DNA from: an uncultured virus (IMG/VR IMGVR_UViG_3300029928_000270)
Taxonomy: Duplodnaviria > Heunggongvirae > Uroviricota > Caudoviricetes
IMG/VR virus record: IMGVR_UViG_3300029928_000270
DNA: 64,000 bases
Direction: 5' to 3' (one strand)
Made by a program: the position numbers and the translations under genes. Below the pieces are notes generated by a model. It was not told where the DNA came from. It searched no databases and saw only the letters and a list, made by a program, of their open reading frames with translations. This document shows, one piece after another, positions 20,900 through 30,593 of the stretch (position 1 is the first letter of the stretch; every line of letters starts with the position of its first letter).

Positions 20900-21829
20900 A
20901 TGTTTGATGTTTCTTTTGGATTAGATGACGAAAAAGATGTAAGTGCAGTTGTTGAGACACCCTCAGTAGAGTCCTTGTTGAGGGGTACTGGAAACTGGTT
21001 AGGGTTAGACTTAGCTCCAGGTCATACTGGGGTATTCATATGGAACGATGATGAGGGTAGATACATAACTTGTGGCTTCAAGGTTCCCGATGACCTGCCT
21101 AAAGATGACTATTACTATGCAAGAGTAAGACGTTTCTTTTATGAGCAGTTCAAGTCTTTATTTGAGCGTATGCACTTTTCACGGGTATGTGTTGAAGACG
21201 TGTATGGCGGAGAAAACTATGACACTTTCTGTCAGTTGTTTAACATCAACACCGTGATAGATGATTTAATCCTCGATAGAGTAATAACTTGTGATAAGTT
21301 GTACAGAGTAAAACCCTCTACTTGGATGTCGGGTTTAAGTAAGGTAGTTCAGACTAAAGGTGGTTTCAAGTCCAAGTATAGAACTCAGCACATACTCAAA
21401 AGTATTGGGTATGAGTTTGCTTTAGAGGGTGAGGGTAAATCTTTAGGGTGGCTTGCAGATACATTTTATGAGGATATATGTGATGCTACTGGATTAGTTG
21501 TAGGTCTGAGAGCATTGGAAAAACACGATGTATCTATTAAAAAGCAAAGTTCTGTGCGTTTGTCACAGATTGAAGTTGTTTTTCTTGAAAGTTATGATGA
21601 TATTTTCAACTTTAGGGGTGGATTTGCAAACAATTATGTAGTTGATGATGTTGAGATAAATAAGAGAGCAATTGAGTCAGAAATTAAACGATTAGTTAAT
21701 GAAGATTCAGGAATGATATATTGCACTAATCTGACAAATGCGGAACTTGGGGTATTTGGCATTAAGAGAGGTTTCCATGTAAGTTGTGAGTCAGGTTGGC
21801 TTGTGTTTTATAGTAAGGAGTTAAAGTAA
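20900..21829 (+). CDS. RuvC-like Holliday junction resolvase with C-terminal extension
   Basis: WLGLDLAPGHTG, VCVEDV, KPSTW, EDICDA acidic catalytic pattern. Confidence 0.75.
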   Translation: MFDVSFGLDDEKDVSAVVETPSVESLLRGTGNWLGLDLAPGHTGVFIWNDDEGRYITCGFKVPDDLPKDDYYYARVRRFFYEQFKSLFERMHFSRVCVEDVYGGENYDTFCQLFNINTVIDDLILDRVITCDKLYRVKPSTWMSGLSKVVQTKGGFKSKYRTQHILKSIGYEFALEGEGKSLGWLADTFYEDICDATGLVVGLRALEKHDVSIKKQSSVRLSQIEVVFLESYDDIFNFRGGFANNYVVDDVEINKRAIESEIKRLVNEDSGMIYCTNLTNAELGVFGIKRGFHVSCESGWLVFYSKELK

Positions 21830-21836
21830 GTGCATC

Positions 21837-22196
21837 ATGATTGACCTAATAGACAAAGACATATTGATTTCAGACATGCAAGAGGATGTCACTTATTTAG
21901 TTGGAAAAACAACTTCAAGAGTCCTTTATATGTGCAAGAGAAGTGGTTCAGATTTCTATTATATAGAATTTTCATTTAATTTATCCCACTTACTTTGCAG
22001 ACATGTAGTAAATGAAACTCATGTTGTGGGTATTGAGAGAAAGTCAAAGGAGTTGTTTGAGGAAACCTTAAGGTTTAATCAAACAAGTGTTAAGGAGTTA
22101 ATCTTCAATAAGATAGCAAAAAGCACTAAGATAAAGGACAAGCCCTATTATATAAGAGAGTATTTGTCGGCTGAGTCTGCCGATTTTTACAAGTAG
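21837..22196 (+). CDS. Hypothetical protein
   Basis: 119-aa ORF in the operon. Confidence 0.6.
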   Translation: MIDLIDKDILISDMQEDVTYLVGKTTSRVLYMCKRSGSDFYYIEFSFNLSHLLCRHVVNETHVVGIERKSKELFEETLRFNQTSVKELIFNKIAKSTKIKDKPYYIREYLSAESADFYK

Positions 22197-22227
22197 AACA
22201 AATAAAATTCATAAGGAGGTAAGGTTT

Positions 22228-22590
22228 ATGTTTACAGTTATTGCAAGGGACGAGTCAAACCGTCTTGGGGTACTTGATACCTCGGATTTTGTAGTTGAGT
22301 TCTTGGAGTTTGGCTATGTTAAGGATTGTGTTAAGAAAGGTATCGCAATCAATGGAGTTTCTTATAATGGTGCAAAGCATACATGGGATGTGCGCATAAG
22401 TAAGCCAGTTTTGCCGAAGTCAGTATTAGACTTAATCACAGAAGCAGCTCTGTGCGTGGACGAGTCTGATGATGCCATTGTTGAAATGAAGAGTTACTGT
22501 GGTATGCTTCAGCGTTCAGGTGAGAACATGCTTGATTGGGCAAAGAAACACAATAAGGACGACTTACTTCAGATTTTGGACTTTGTATAA
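22228..22590 (+). CDS. DTxD-module family protein
   Basis: LGVLDTSDFVVEFL...IAINGV; AAGGAGG RBS. Confidence 0.75.
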   Translation: MFTVIARDESNRLGVLDTSDFVVEFLEFGYVKDCVKKGIAINGVSYNGAKHTWDVRISKPVLPKSVLDLITEAALCVDESDDAIVEMKSYCGMLQRSGENMLDWAKKHNKDDLLQILDFV

Positions 22591-22613
22591 AATCGAATTA
22601 GAGAGGGTGTGTA

Positions 22614-22904
22614 GTGATGGATTTCTATGGTATGCAGGACTCCAGTTTACAGCCTAATGTACAACCTCATGTACCTAAGTCAGAGTTAAAGAATGCATTG
22701 TGTGCGTATATTCAGCAGAGTAAGAACTGCATGGTAACAAAGATATATGAGGTTGATGAGGTTAAAGAAATCACCCGACATGCATGTGCTAAGGGAGGAT
22801 TACTCGCTTTGGGCATTGAGCAGTTTACTTACAGAGGTGTAACAGTTCCATATTGGTTTTGTGGGTATTGTGGAACTTTGCGAGTTTGGTTGGATTATGA
22901 ATAA
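22614..22904 (+). CDS. Small zinc-ribbon-like protein
   Basis: HAC...FCGYCG. Confidence 0.6.
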   Translation: MMDFYGMQDSSLQPNVQPHVPKSELKNALCAYIQQSKNCMVTKIYEVDEVKEITRHACAKGGLLALGIEQFTYRGVTVPYWFCGYCGTLRVWLDYE

Positions 22905-22922
22905 GGCGGAGGTAGTTTAGTA

Positions 22923-24371
22923 ATGGAGAATAAAGAGTCTGTAGTTTTGGAAATTGGGGAAATACTTGGGTATTATGACTTGAATGGTGCGGATGCAGTA
23001 ACTTCTGAGCAGGTCGAGAAACTTGAAAATTATATTGAGTTATGTAATACTGCAAGCAGTGAGGGTGTTCCTTTAGTTGTAGATGCAATCTATGACAGAA
23101 TGGTTGAGGTACTTAAGGTTCTCAATCCTGATTCGGAGTTATTAAAGGAAGTTTGGGGAGAGGATGCAATATCTGAAGAGGAGTTCAAGTCTGATGACAT
23201 GCACAGCCTGCTGAGGAAAGCTCCTATGATGAGTATTCAGACTTGCAAGTCATATGATTGCGCTGAGGTAAAGGAGTTTGTATCAAGATTACCCGAAAAC
23301 GAGCCATTTGACTTGCATAATAGTGTTAAGTTGAACGGTCATGGCATAAGATTGGTGTACCGCTATGGGTATTTAGAGGGTGCATTTAGTAGAGCACGTC
23401 ATACCTCAGGTAGAGATTTAACACGTCAGGTAACCTTACTTGCACAGCGTGATGGATATTTAAGCATTGATAGTTTTGCTGATTACCCATTAGTGGAAAT
23501 TCGTGGGGAGTTGCTATTACCGTTACCAAATCTTGAGAAAGCAAGGGAGTATAACAGTGGCATTGTTTCTGCTTTAAGTGGTGTTGCATCCATGAGTAGA
23601 GAGTCTGCTTCAGATGATGAGATACTGCTTCTTGACTTCGTAGCATACAATATCATTGCTGAGGACTTGTACTTCGACACCAAGCAGGGTATGTATGATA
23701 TGCTTGAGGAGTTAGGCTTCAAAGTTCCAGTAAGTTGGCTGATAGAGGGTGTTACAAAGGATACTTTCCTTGAGCAGTTGCCTGATATCATTTCCGATTG
23801 TGAGAGTGCAATCGTTCCGTCCGAGGATAACGAGGGTTATGAGTATTTCTCAGATGGTATAGTCATGGAGGTAAATAACAGAGACTTGTTTTACTCAATG
23901 GGAGATGACGGTGGCAAGTACATGTACGGAAACATCGCCATGAAAGTTGGGTATTGGAAGCAGGATTTGTATATGGGGTATGTTCAGACCATTCTGTGGA
24001 CTCAGGGTAAGAATAAGTTATCTCCAGTTGCAATAATTGCCAGTGACATTGACTGTGCGGTGTTTTCAGATGAGTATGACGAACCTGTATACTATGTAAA
24101 GAGTATCAAAGATATAAGGAATTACAATGAGTTAGGTGTTGTGACAGCAGGTGGTAACAGAGTAAGACGAGTTCCACTTTTTGAGCCTAATAACATCGCA
24201 ATACTCGATGCATATGTGGGTATGCCACTGTATTTCAGGTATGGTGGTGAAGCAGGTGTAATTCCTTGCACGATAGACGGTACACCTTTAGCAGATGCTA
24301 AAATTCGTGATAGTCTGAGTGGAAACTACAGTGATGATGACTTGTATGAAGAGTATGAGATTGTAAACTAA
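22923..24371 (+). CDS. NAD-dependent DNA ligase-like protein, truncated (domain Ia, adenylation domain, partial OB; no Zn/HhH/BRCT)
   Basis: DAIYD, PMMSI, KLNG (motif I variant), EIRGE, DGIV, IAMK, W..GK...SPVA; ends in an acidic tail at 482 aa. Confidence 0.8.
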   Translation: MENKESVVLEIGEILGYYDLNGADAVTSEQVEKLENYIELCNTASSEGVPLVVDAIYDRMVEVLKVLNPDSELLKEVWGEDAISEEEFKSDDMHSLLRKAPMMSIQTCKSYDCAEVKEFVSRLPENEPFDLHNSVKLNGHGIRLVYRYGYLEGAFSRARHTSGRDLTRQVTLLAQRDGYLSIDSFADYPLVEIRGELLLPLPNLEKAREYNSGIVSALSGVASMSRESASDDEILLLDFVAYNIIAEDLYFDTKQGMYDMLEELGFKVPVSWLIEGVTKDTFLEQLPDIISDCESAIVPSEDNEGYEYFSDGIVMEVNNRDLFYSMGDDGGKYMYGNIAMKVGYWKQDLYMGYVQTILWTQGKNKLSPVAIIASDIDCAVFSDEYDEPVYYVKSIKDIRNYNELGVVTAGGNRVRRVPLFEPNNIAILDAYVGMPLYFRYGGEAGVIPCTIDGTPLADAKIRDSLSGNYSDDDLYEEYEIVN

Positions 24372-24387
24372 CAAGGGGGTATTTATT

Positions 24388-24678
24388 GTGGATGCAGTTA
24401 AGTTAAATGCTATCGTAAGCAGTTTCAGTGCAGTCTATAATCCAGTTCAGGCAGAGATGCACAGAGTTCAGAGTTGGAAAGGTTTTGAGATTTGGAAGGG
24501 GGATAACGGCAGTAAGGATTATATCTATACAAGGTATACAGATTTTGGTAAACCTGTCGTAGTATCTGATTCGGGGATGACAGTTGGAATGTTTAACAGA
24601 ATGGTGTTTTATAAGACACCATTTACTTCGGTGAGTGCATTCAAAGCGTTCTGTAATGAGAATGTGAAAGATATGTAG
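24388..24678 (+). CDS. Hypothetical protein
   Basis: AGGGGG RBS, GTG start. Confidence 0.6.
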   Translation: MDAVKLNAIVSSFSAVYNPVQAEMHRVQSWKGFEIWKGDNGSKDYIYTRYTDFGKPVVVSDSGMTVGMFNRMVFYKTPFTSVSAFKAFCNENVKDM

Positions 24679-24715
24679 TAGCTTATTGTTGTAGTTGTTG
24701 TGTGGAGGGTAAGGC

Positions 24716-24889
24716 ATGTGTAGTTTAGAGAGTAGTCGTGTTACAGATGAAGAGATTGAGTTAAAGAGCATTAAGTGTGCAGTATGCACATGTTTGGATT
24801 GTAAGAGAAAGGACACTTGCAGATGTTGTATTTGCTTGTCAGATGTCAGGTCTAAGCTGGAATGCAAGTGTAAGGTAGCGGAGTGCTAA
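24716..24889 (+). CDS. 57-aa Cys-rich protein (12 Cys), absent from the ORF track
   Basis: GGAGGG RBS; MCSLESSRVTDEEIELKSIKCAVCTCLDCKRKDTCRCCICLSDVRSKLECKCKVAEC*; stop overlaps the next start. Confidence 0.65.
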   Translation: MCSLESSRVTDEEIELKSIKCAVCTCLDCKRKDTCRCCICLSDVRSKLECKCKVAEC

Positions 24890-25392
24890 AAGTATATAGT
24901 GGGTATTCTTCTTTAAGGGAGAGTATAATAACAAACGATGGAATAGTAAAGGGCAGTAACGATGTAGAGGTGTTGTACATGAAGTTCTACCCAGGAGATA
25001 CAAAACTGGACTTGATGAAAAGTGTTTTAGACCCAGTAGTTAAGCCAGTTTTGTTTACAAGTGGTTTTGTTTTTGACTTGGGTTCAGCTTCCGTTAAGAG
25101 TTGTCCTATTGAATGTCAGTCAGAGATAAAAGATGCTATTCAATCAGGTTTCAACGGAATAGTATATGTAGCTCACGGAGATTTTACAATAGTTTCTGAG
25201 GATGATTTCATTGAGGTATTAAATTACTTAACGGTTTCACTGAAGAGTGTCGTAGGTGGTCACAGAGGAGTAAGATGTTACCTAAAAGTATCACGAGTAA
25301 TTCAGGAGAGAATAAGACGTTTTCGTGAAGTTTCATGGAAAAACCTTGAAGTGGGTATTTCCTTAGATAATTGCGTGTTACGTATTAATTAG
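24883..25392 (+). CDS. Hypothetical protein
   Basis: 169-aa ORF. Confidence 0.6.
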   Translation: MLKVYSGYSSLRESIITNDGIVKGSNDVEVLYMKFYPGDTKLDLMKSVLDPVVKPVLFTSGFVFDLGSASVKSCPIECQSEIKDAIQSGFNGIVYVAHGDFTIVSEDDFIEVLNYLTVSLKSVVGGHRGVRCYLKVSRVIQERIRRFREVSWKNLEVGISLDNCVLRIN

Positions 25393-25417
25393 TTGAGCGG
25401 TTATGTGTAATAACCGC

Positions 25418-25446
25418 TTGACTTTTGTTCAGTTGTATGGTATAAT
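25418..25446 (+). promoter_or_regulatory. SigmaA-type promoter overlapping a terminator hairpin
   Basis: TTGACT-17 bp-TATAAT; the -35 box is the 3' arm of AGTTGAGCGGTTAT...ATAACCGCTTGACT. Confidence 0.85.
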
Positions 25447-25480
25447 ATCTTAACAAAATAAAAAACGTGGAGGTAAGTGT

Positions 25481-25996
25481 ATGGGTGCTTTTGATTTGAG
25501 AATACCAGTTGCAGGGTATAAGTTATTTTTATTAGGGGAACAAAAGTTGGTATCAGGTCAGTTTTGTGATGGAGATATCAATAAGGAGAAGAAAAAGACT
25601 TCAGATGAAGGGGATTTTTTAATAGAGTTGTATAAGTCAACCTCTTGCGTGAAAGGTAAGTTTGCTTGCTTAAGTGGACGTACTTATGTTGTCAGTGAGG
25701 AAGATAGAATAGAGTTTCTTGAGAGTTATTCAAAGGTAAATTATTTATGCAAAGTCGAGTTGACATTTGAAGTCACTGAGGATGATGACTATCTGTTAAG
25801 TGTAATGGATTCTATTAAGGGTCTTTGTAAACTTGCTGAGTCGAGTATGGGAAGGCACTTTACTGACTCTGAATTGGCAGTTTTAGTGTCAATGAAAACA
25901 GAGGATGTATTAGGAATGTTAAAGGTGTATACTGTATTTAAGAGTGCAGTGAAGGCTAATGTAACCTTTGGTAGAAATTTCATGCTCATCAATTAA
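25481..25996 (+). CDS. Hypothetical protein, paralogue of 26110
   Basis: Shared G..C.G, VxYLCK and SELA motifs with 26110. Confidence 0.75.
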   Translation: MGAFDLRIPVAGYKLFLLGEQKLVSGQFCDGDINKEKKKTSDEGDFLIELYKSTSCVKGKFACLSGRTYVVSEEDRIEFLESYSKVNYLCKVELTFEVTEDDDYLLSVMDSIKGLCKLAESSMGRHFTDSELAVLVSMKTEDVLGMLKVYTVFKSAVKANVTFGRNFMLIN

Positions 25997-26044
25997 GGTT
26001 GGGTATAGTTATTTTTAAGTCAAGTGGCTATGTTTTGTAATCGC

Positions 26045-26073
26045 TTGACTTTTCTTTAGTTATATGGTATAAT
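26045..26073 (+). promoter_or_regulatory. SigmaA-type promoter overlapping a terminator hairpin
   Basis: TTGACT-17 bp-TATAAT; hairpin AAGTCAAGTGG...TCGCTTGACTT. Confidence 0.85.
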
Positions 26074-26109
26074 ATTTGTATAAAAGTAAAAAGCGTGGAG
26101 GTAATTTAT

Positions 26110-26637
26110 ATGAGTGAAGTTTTTACAGTTAACAGTGTTCAATTACCTATCTTAGGTTTCGAGTTAAGAACGTTAGATGACGGTTGCCTTGTAGGTAACA
26201 TCTGCAATGGTAGAGTAGATGGAAGATACGAGGAGACATCAGGTGATGCATTTTGTGCAGATATATTCTCCAGTACAGAGAATGTGGAATTGGTTGCAAC
26301 GTTGCGAGGTCTTGTAAGCGATATCAGCGACAGAGACAGACAGAAGTATTTCGAACTTCCAGCCAGTGTAAAATATTTATGTAAGATGTCTTTGGATTGC
26401 ATGAACGTTGGTAACGGTCGTGTGTTAAGTATGCTTAATTCATTAAAAACATTGGTACGATATGCAATGGTGGCTGAGGGTAAGAAGTTGAAAGAGAGTG
26501 AGTTGGCACTTATTGTGTCTACATCTGTAGATACGATGTTGACATTGTACGAAAACACAGTAATATTTGAAGACATGGTGAAGGCGGACGTGTCAATAGT
26601 AAACAGGGGTGGGGTAGATGTTATGATAATCCGGTAA
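26110..26637 (+). CDS. Hypothetical protein, paralogue of 25481
   Basis: GGAGG RBS; see 25481. Confidence 0.75.
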   Translation: MSEVFTVNSVQLPILGFELRTLDDGCLVGNICNGRVDGRYEETSGDAFCADIFSSTENVELVATLRGLVSDISDRDRQKYFELPASVKYLCKMSLDCMNVGNGRVLSMLNSLKTLVRYAMVAEGKKLKESELALIVSTSVDTMLTLYENTVIFEDMVKADVSIVNRGGVDVMIIR

Positions 26638-26650
26638 GTGAGGTGCAACA

Positions 26651-26884
26651 ATGCGTAAGACTAAGGAAACAGTAATTAAGACTTTCAGAGAGAATGATGT
26701 GCTTGTGGAAACCATAGTTCAGTTTCATTACGACTCTTGGGAGGAAAAAGCACATCATACTCAAAAGTATGTAAATGAGGGTTGGAAAGACAGTGGTCAG
26801 ATAAGAGAGAATATTGGTACAGTTAAAAATCCAGTTCTCGTTTGGTTTGGAAGTTACTACAAGTACGAAGTAAAGCCAAAGTAA
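26651..26884 (+). CDS. Hypothetical protein
   Basis: GAGGTG RBS; 77 aa. Confidence 0.65.
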   Translation: MRKTKETVIKTFRENDVLVETIVQFHYDSWEEKAHHTQKYVNEGWKDSGQIRENIGTVKNPVLVWFGSYYKYEVKPK

Positions 26885-26968
26885 GTGTGTACCAGTGCAG
26901 GTTATGATTGTGTTCAGTGTGTTGATATGAATGATGAAGATGAGAAAGTGGAGCAGGAGGAATAGTTA

Positions 26969-27472
26969 GTGTTTACAGTTATTTTACCTAACGGATGTCA
27001 TGTTGAAGCCAAGAGAATTGGTGCATATATCAAAGGTGCTGTTGAGAAAGCATTATATGAGAGTACCGATTTGTCAGACAAGGCTTATGACGTGTTATCG
27101 AATGTGGATTTTGCAAGAAATGGTCTTGTAGATGCCAATCGAAGTTGGGAGTATGTTGTGTTTAATACTCCATATGTATTTGAGGAGATTGAGTTTTGGG
27201 ATTACGAGGATATTGATGTCTACGGCTACTTTGAGTCAGAAGATGGCAAGACGGGTATTTTGGTATTGCCTTTAGACTCAGTAAGCGTTGAGGATTGGAC
27301 AAATATGTTGGACAATGGCATCTTAGACCTCAGGCATGCAAAGCCTTTAGATACAGGAATTGCTTGGAAAGAGGCTATGCTTTCAGATGCTGAAAGGAGT
27401 GGTGACATTAACACCCTATTAACTGAGATGGTTACACCTTACGCACTTACACTCAAGGAAATTACCTTTTAG
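26969..27472 (+). CDS. Hypothetical acidic protein
   Basis: AGGAGG RBS, GTG start; terminator hairpin at ~27495-27520. Confidence 0.7.
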   Translation: MFTVILPNGCHVEAKRIGAYIKGAVEKALYESTDLSDKAYDVLSNVDFARNGLVDANRSWEYVVFNTPYVFEEIEFWDYEDIDVYGYFESEDGKTGILVLPLDSVSVEDWTNMLDNGILDLRHAKPLDTGIAWKEAMLSDAERSGDINTLLTEMVTPYALTLKEITF

Positions 27473-27641
27473 GAGGTATTAAGGTTCAGTTCTTAAGTCC
27501 TTACAGTATGTAAGGACTTTTATTTTGCAGTTGTTTTCTGTTAGCCATGATATGTATCTAAATCTGTTAAAATTTTGTTTGTTTATTTTACTGTATTTCT
27601 TGTAAGTTATAAACAAATCAATAAAGTTTGGAGGGCAAATT

Positions 27642-28976
27642 ATGGCAGAAATGGGTGAGGAATTGCAGATTGAGTATGACAATACTTTTGATGAAGAGGA
27701 CAGGATGTGTCACTTACTGAAGATATCTTCAGACTCCTTTAAGAGAGAAAATCATACAATCAAGTTGAAGGAAATTGGTTTAAGTGCGCCTACAAAGATG
27801 GGAAGACAGAAAACAATGATTGGTCTTTCCAAGAGTGTTGCAGAGTTGGGAGTTGTTAAGCCAATTGATGTAATACTGATTAACGATTCACCTGAGGAAG
27901 ATGACTATCGTTACTTACTATTGGATGGTCTTAGACGTATGTATGGTGCGTTAAGGAACAATATGCAGGAAATTGACGCTATTGTTTGGGTATTCAATGA
28001 CCTTGAAAAGGCTAAAGAGATTGCTTTACCTTTGTCATTGTACTTAAATAAGACTCAGAAGCATCAGTGGAGTGAGATTTGGGATTTGTATCAGGTTCTT
28101 GAGGAAACTGTAGTGGGTATTACTCCTGCTAACTTAGAGTCGTTATTGCAGTTAGAAGCAGGCGAAGCAATGAAGTTAAAGGATGTAATGCTTTCAGGAT
28201 ATTCCGAAGTAACTGATGCCCTGCTTAATGGGGATAAGACTTTGGATGCTTGTTACAAGATGCTTCAGAAGTTGCGTAAGGAAGAGAATGCTCTTGAGCG
28301 TGAGGATAAGATGGGTATTTCAGATATATCCGAAGATGCAGGAGAAATTGCAAACTCGGATAATCAGGAGAGATTAAGTGACCAAGATGTTCTTGAACTC
28401 CTTGAAATGGCGGATAATTTGACTGATTTAAGTGTCAATGAAGATGATTTTGATGCTTTAAACAAGGCAGATAATGCGTATATTGACCAGCAGAAAGTTG
28501 GCGAAAGACATCCATTAGACCCTGCTCTGAAAAGCTCAGTACTGGATAGGGATGGCTTCAGATGTAAGTGTTGTGGCTTTGGTGGACCTGCCGCACTCGG
28601 AGTTCTTGCAGTACATCATAAGATACCAGTGCATTGTGGTGGTTTAGATACTATGGAGAACTTAGTTACTCTTTGTCTTAACCATCATATCCTGCTTCAT
28701 GTTGCAGAGCGTAACGGTGGTAAGTTACAGATGACTAAGGAAGATTTCTTATCTTACAGTGCAGAAGAGCAGGAAGCTCTTAAGAAAACTTTAAAGCTGG
28801 CAAAGATTGCAGTTGAAGCTAATAAGAGAAGGGGTCTTACAAAAGAGCAGGTAGCTGAAGCAACAAGAGATTCAATAAGACATCCAATGCCAGGGGCAGG
28901 ATTAGCTGAGAACAGAACAGCGTATAATTCTGCAAAGCTAAGTGGTAGATTACATGATGATGAAGAGGAAGTATAA
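27642..28976 (+). CDS. ParB-like N-terminal domain fused to an HNH endonuclease
   Basis: GVVKPIDV...YLLLDGLRR (ParB/Srx-like); RDGFRCKCCG...VHHKIPVHCGG...NLVTLCLNHH (HNH). Confidence 0.8.
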   Translation: MAEMGEELQIEYDNTFDEEDRMCHLLKISSDSFKRENHTIKLKEIGLSAPTKMGRQKTMIGLSKSVAELGVVKPIDVILINDSPEEDDYRYLLLDGLRRMYGALRNNMQEIDAIVWVFNDLEKAKEIALPLSLYLNKTQKHQWSEIWDLYQVLEETVVGITPANLESLLQLEAGEAMKLKDVMLSGYSEVTDALLNGDKTLDACYKMLQKLRKEENALEREDKMGISDISEDAGEIANSDNQERLSDQDVLELLEMADNLTDLSVNEDDFDALNKADNAYIDQQKVGERHPLDPALKSSVLDRDGFRCKCCGFGGPAALGVLAVHHKIPVHCGGLDTMENLVTLCLNHHILLHVAERNGGKLQMTKEDFLSYSAEEQEALKKTLKLAKIAVEANKRRGLTKEQVAEATRDSIRHPMPGAGLAENRTAYNSAKLSGRLHDDEEEV

Positions 28977-28978
28977 TT

Positions 28979-30370
28979 ATGGCTAAGACAGGTATAACTC
29001 TGTTAGACTTCTGTCGAAGTAATAACTATATGTCGTTATTAGAGCATTTGGTTGATAAAGATGCATTACACATGTCTTATGCGAGTCACACGAAAGTAAA
29101 GTGGGTATGTGATAAGAGTCACCTTTTTATGAATGAGATATACAAGTATACTTCTAAGGGTAGGGGAACGTATTTGAATTTTAGTTGCCCTATTTGCAGT
29201 GGGCAAAGAGTTGAAAGAGGTATAAATGATTTATCCACTATGTATCCTAAGTACGTTAAGGAGTGGGACTTTGAGCGAAATGAGTTGAGTCCTTTCGATG
29301 TTACTGCAGGCTCACATAGAAATGTTTGGTGGAAGTGCAAGGCAGGTCATTCTTGGAATGCAAGAATTTCTGCAAGGGTTTATAGCGACTCGGGATGTCC
29401 ATACTGTGCATCAAAGATAAAGTCATCCTTAGGTGAGTTATACATTCTGTACTATTCTCAATGTGTTTTTGGAAGCACAGTTGAGAGTAGAAAGAAAATA
29501 CGTGGGGTAGAGTATGACATATTTATCCCTAAGATAAATACAGCAATAGAATACGATGGGTATTATTGGCATAGTCTGAACGATACTTCATATAAGAAGG
29601 AGTTGGCGGAGAGTGTAGGAGTCAATTTTATTCGAGTAATAGAGGGCACTGAAAGTTATGTAAAAGAGGGAGAGGTAAGTTTTTCAATTTCAGCTGGTTT
29701 ATTAAGGTCTGATTTTGAAAGTACTTTGTCAAAGTTGTTTTGTATTCTTGGTTGCACTGCTGTAGAAATCAACTTAAAAAGAGATTTACCAAAGGTAAAG
29801 TTGATGCAAAAGCATAGCCAGTATAATGTAGATGATTCTCTAATAGAAAAGGCAGCACCGTTTTGGGATGAAGAAGCAAATGGGTATCCTATAGAGTTTA
29901 TGACAAATGATGGTGAACCTAAGTTATGGAGGTGTAAGTATGGACATAGTTTTGAAAGAAGACTCGATGTAATAAAAAGGTTTGATAATTTCGTATGCCC
30001 CTATTGTGAGTGTAAAAGAAGCTGGAGGTTCTATTGCTTTAAACGGTGCAATAACTTCTTTGTTATTGATTTACAGACTTTGGAAGTTGAGTTGTGCAGT
30101 AAGGAGTTATTGATTATTTCGGTAAATAAACGTATAAATATACGTGGGGTTACTGTATTTGATGGTGTTTTGAGTGTAAGTAATGATTACTTATTTAAGA
30201 TGCTTCCAACTTCTTTTAGAGAGACATTTAAGATGTGCAGAGATAAGTCATTCATATGCTTATCAGACTCTAAGCCATGTAAAGATATGTGCATTTTTCT
30301 TGGGTATTGTTTCTCTTTTTCACCTGAGAAGTCACAGACCTTACTTAAAGATTATTTAATAGAGCTATAA
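28979..30370 (+). CDS. Zinc-ribbon repeat (DUF4379-like) protein with a PD-(D/E)xK-like nuclease domain
   Basis: Three W.C..[SG]H.....CP.C units; EYDIFIP...AIEYDGYYWH. Confidence 0.75.
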   Translation: MAKTGITLLDFCRSNNYMSLLEHLVDKDALHMSYASHTKVKWVCDKSHLFMNEIYKYTSKGRGTYLNFSCPICSGQRVERGINDLSTMYPKYVKEWDFERNELSPFDVTAGSHRNVWWKCKAGHSWNARISARVYSDSGCPYCASKIKSSLGELYILYYSQCVFGSTVESRKKIRGVEYDIFIPKINTAIEYDGYYWHSLNDTSYKKELAESVGVNFIRVIEGTESYVKEGEVSFSISAGLLRSDFESTLSKLFCILGCTAVEINLKRDLPKVKLMQKHSQYNVDDSLIEKAAPFWDEEANGYPIEFMTNDGEPKLWRCKYGHSFERRLDVIKRFDNFVCPYCECKRSWRFYCFKRCNNFFVIDLQTLEVELCSKELLIISVNKRINIRGVTVFDGVLSVSNDYLFKMLPTSFRETFKMCRDKSFICLSDSKPCKDMCIFLGYCFSFSPEKSQTLLKDYLIEL

Positions 30371-30593
30371 ATGTGTTGCAACTTAAATATGATGTGTGTT
30401 TTATGGAAGATAGAAGTAATTCTGCAGAATTTTCACGGGTCAGTTTGCACAAATATCAAACATGACATTTTCAGTTGTCAAAATTTTCTAAGGTTTGTGA
30501 ATAAAAGTCAAGTTCGTTTGACCTTGTGAAGTCATGATGGGAGTATTAAATGGGTTTTAAGCTAAGTTCGACTAAAATAGGAGGGATAATGCA

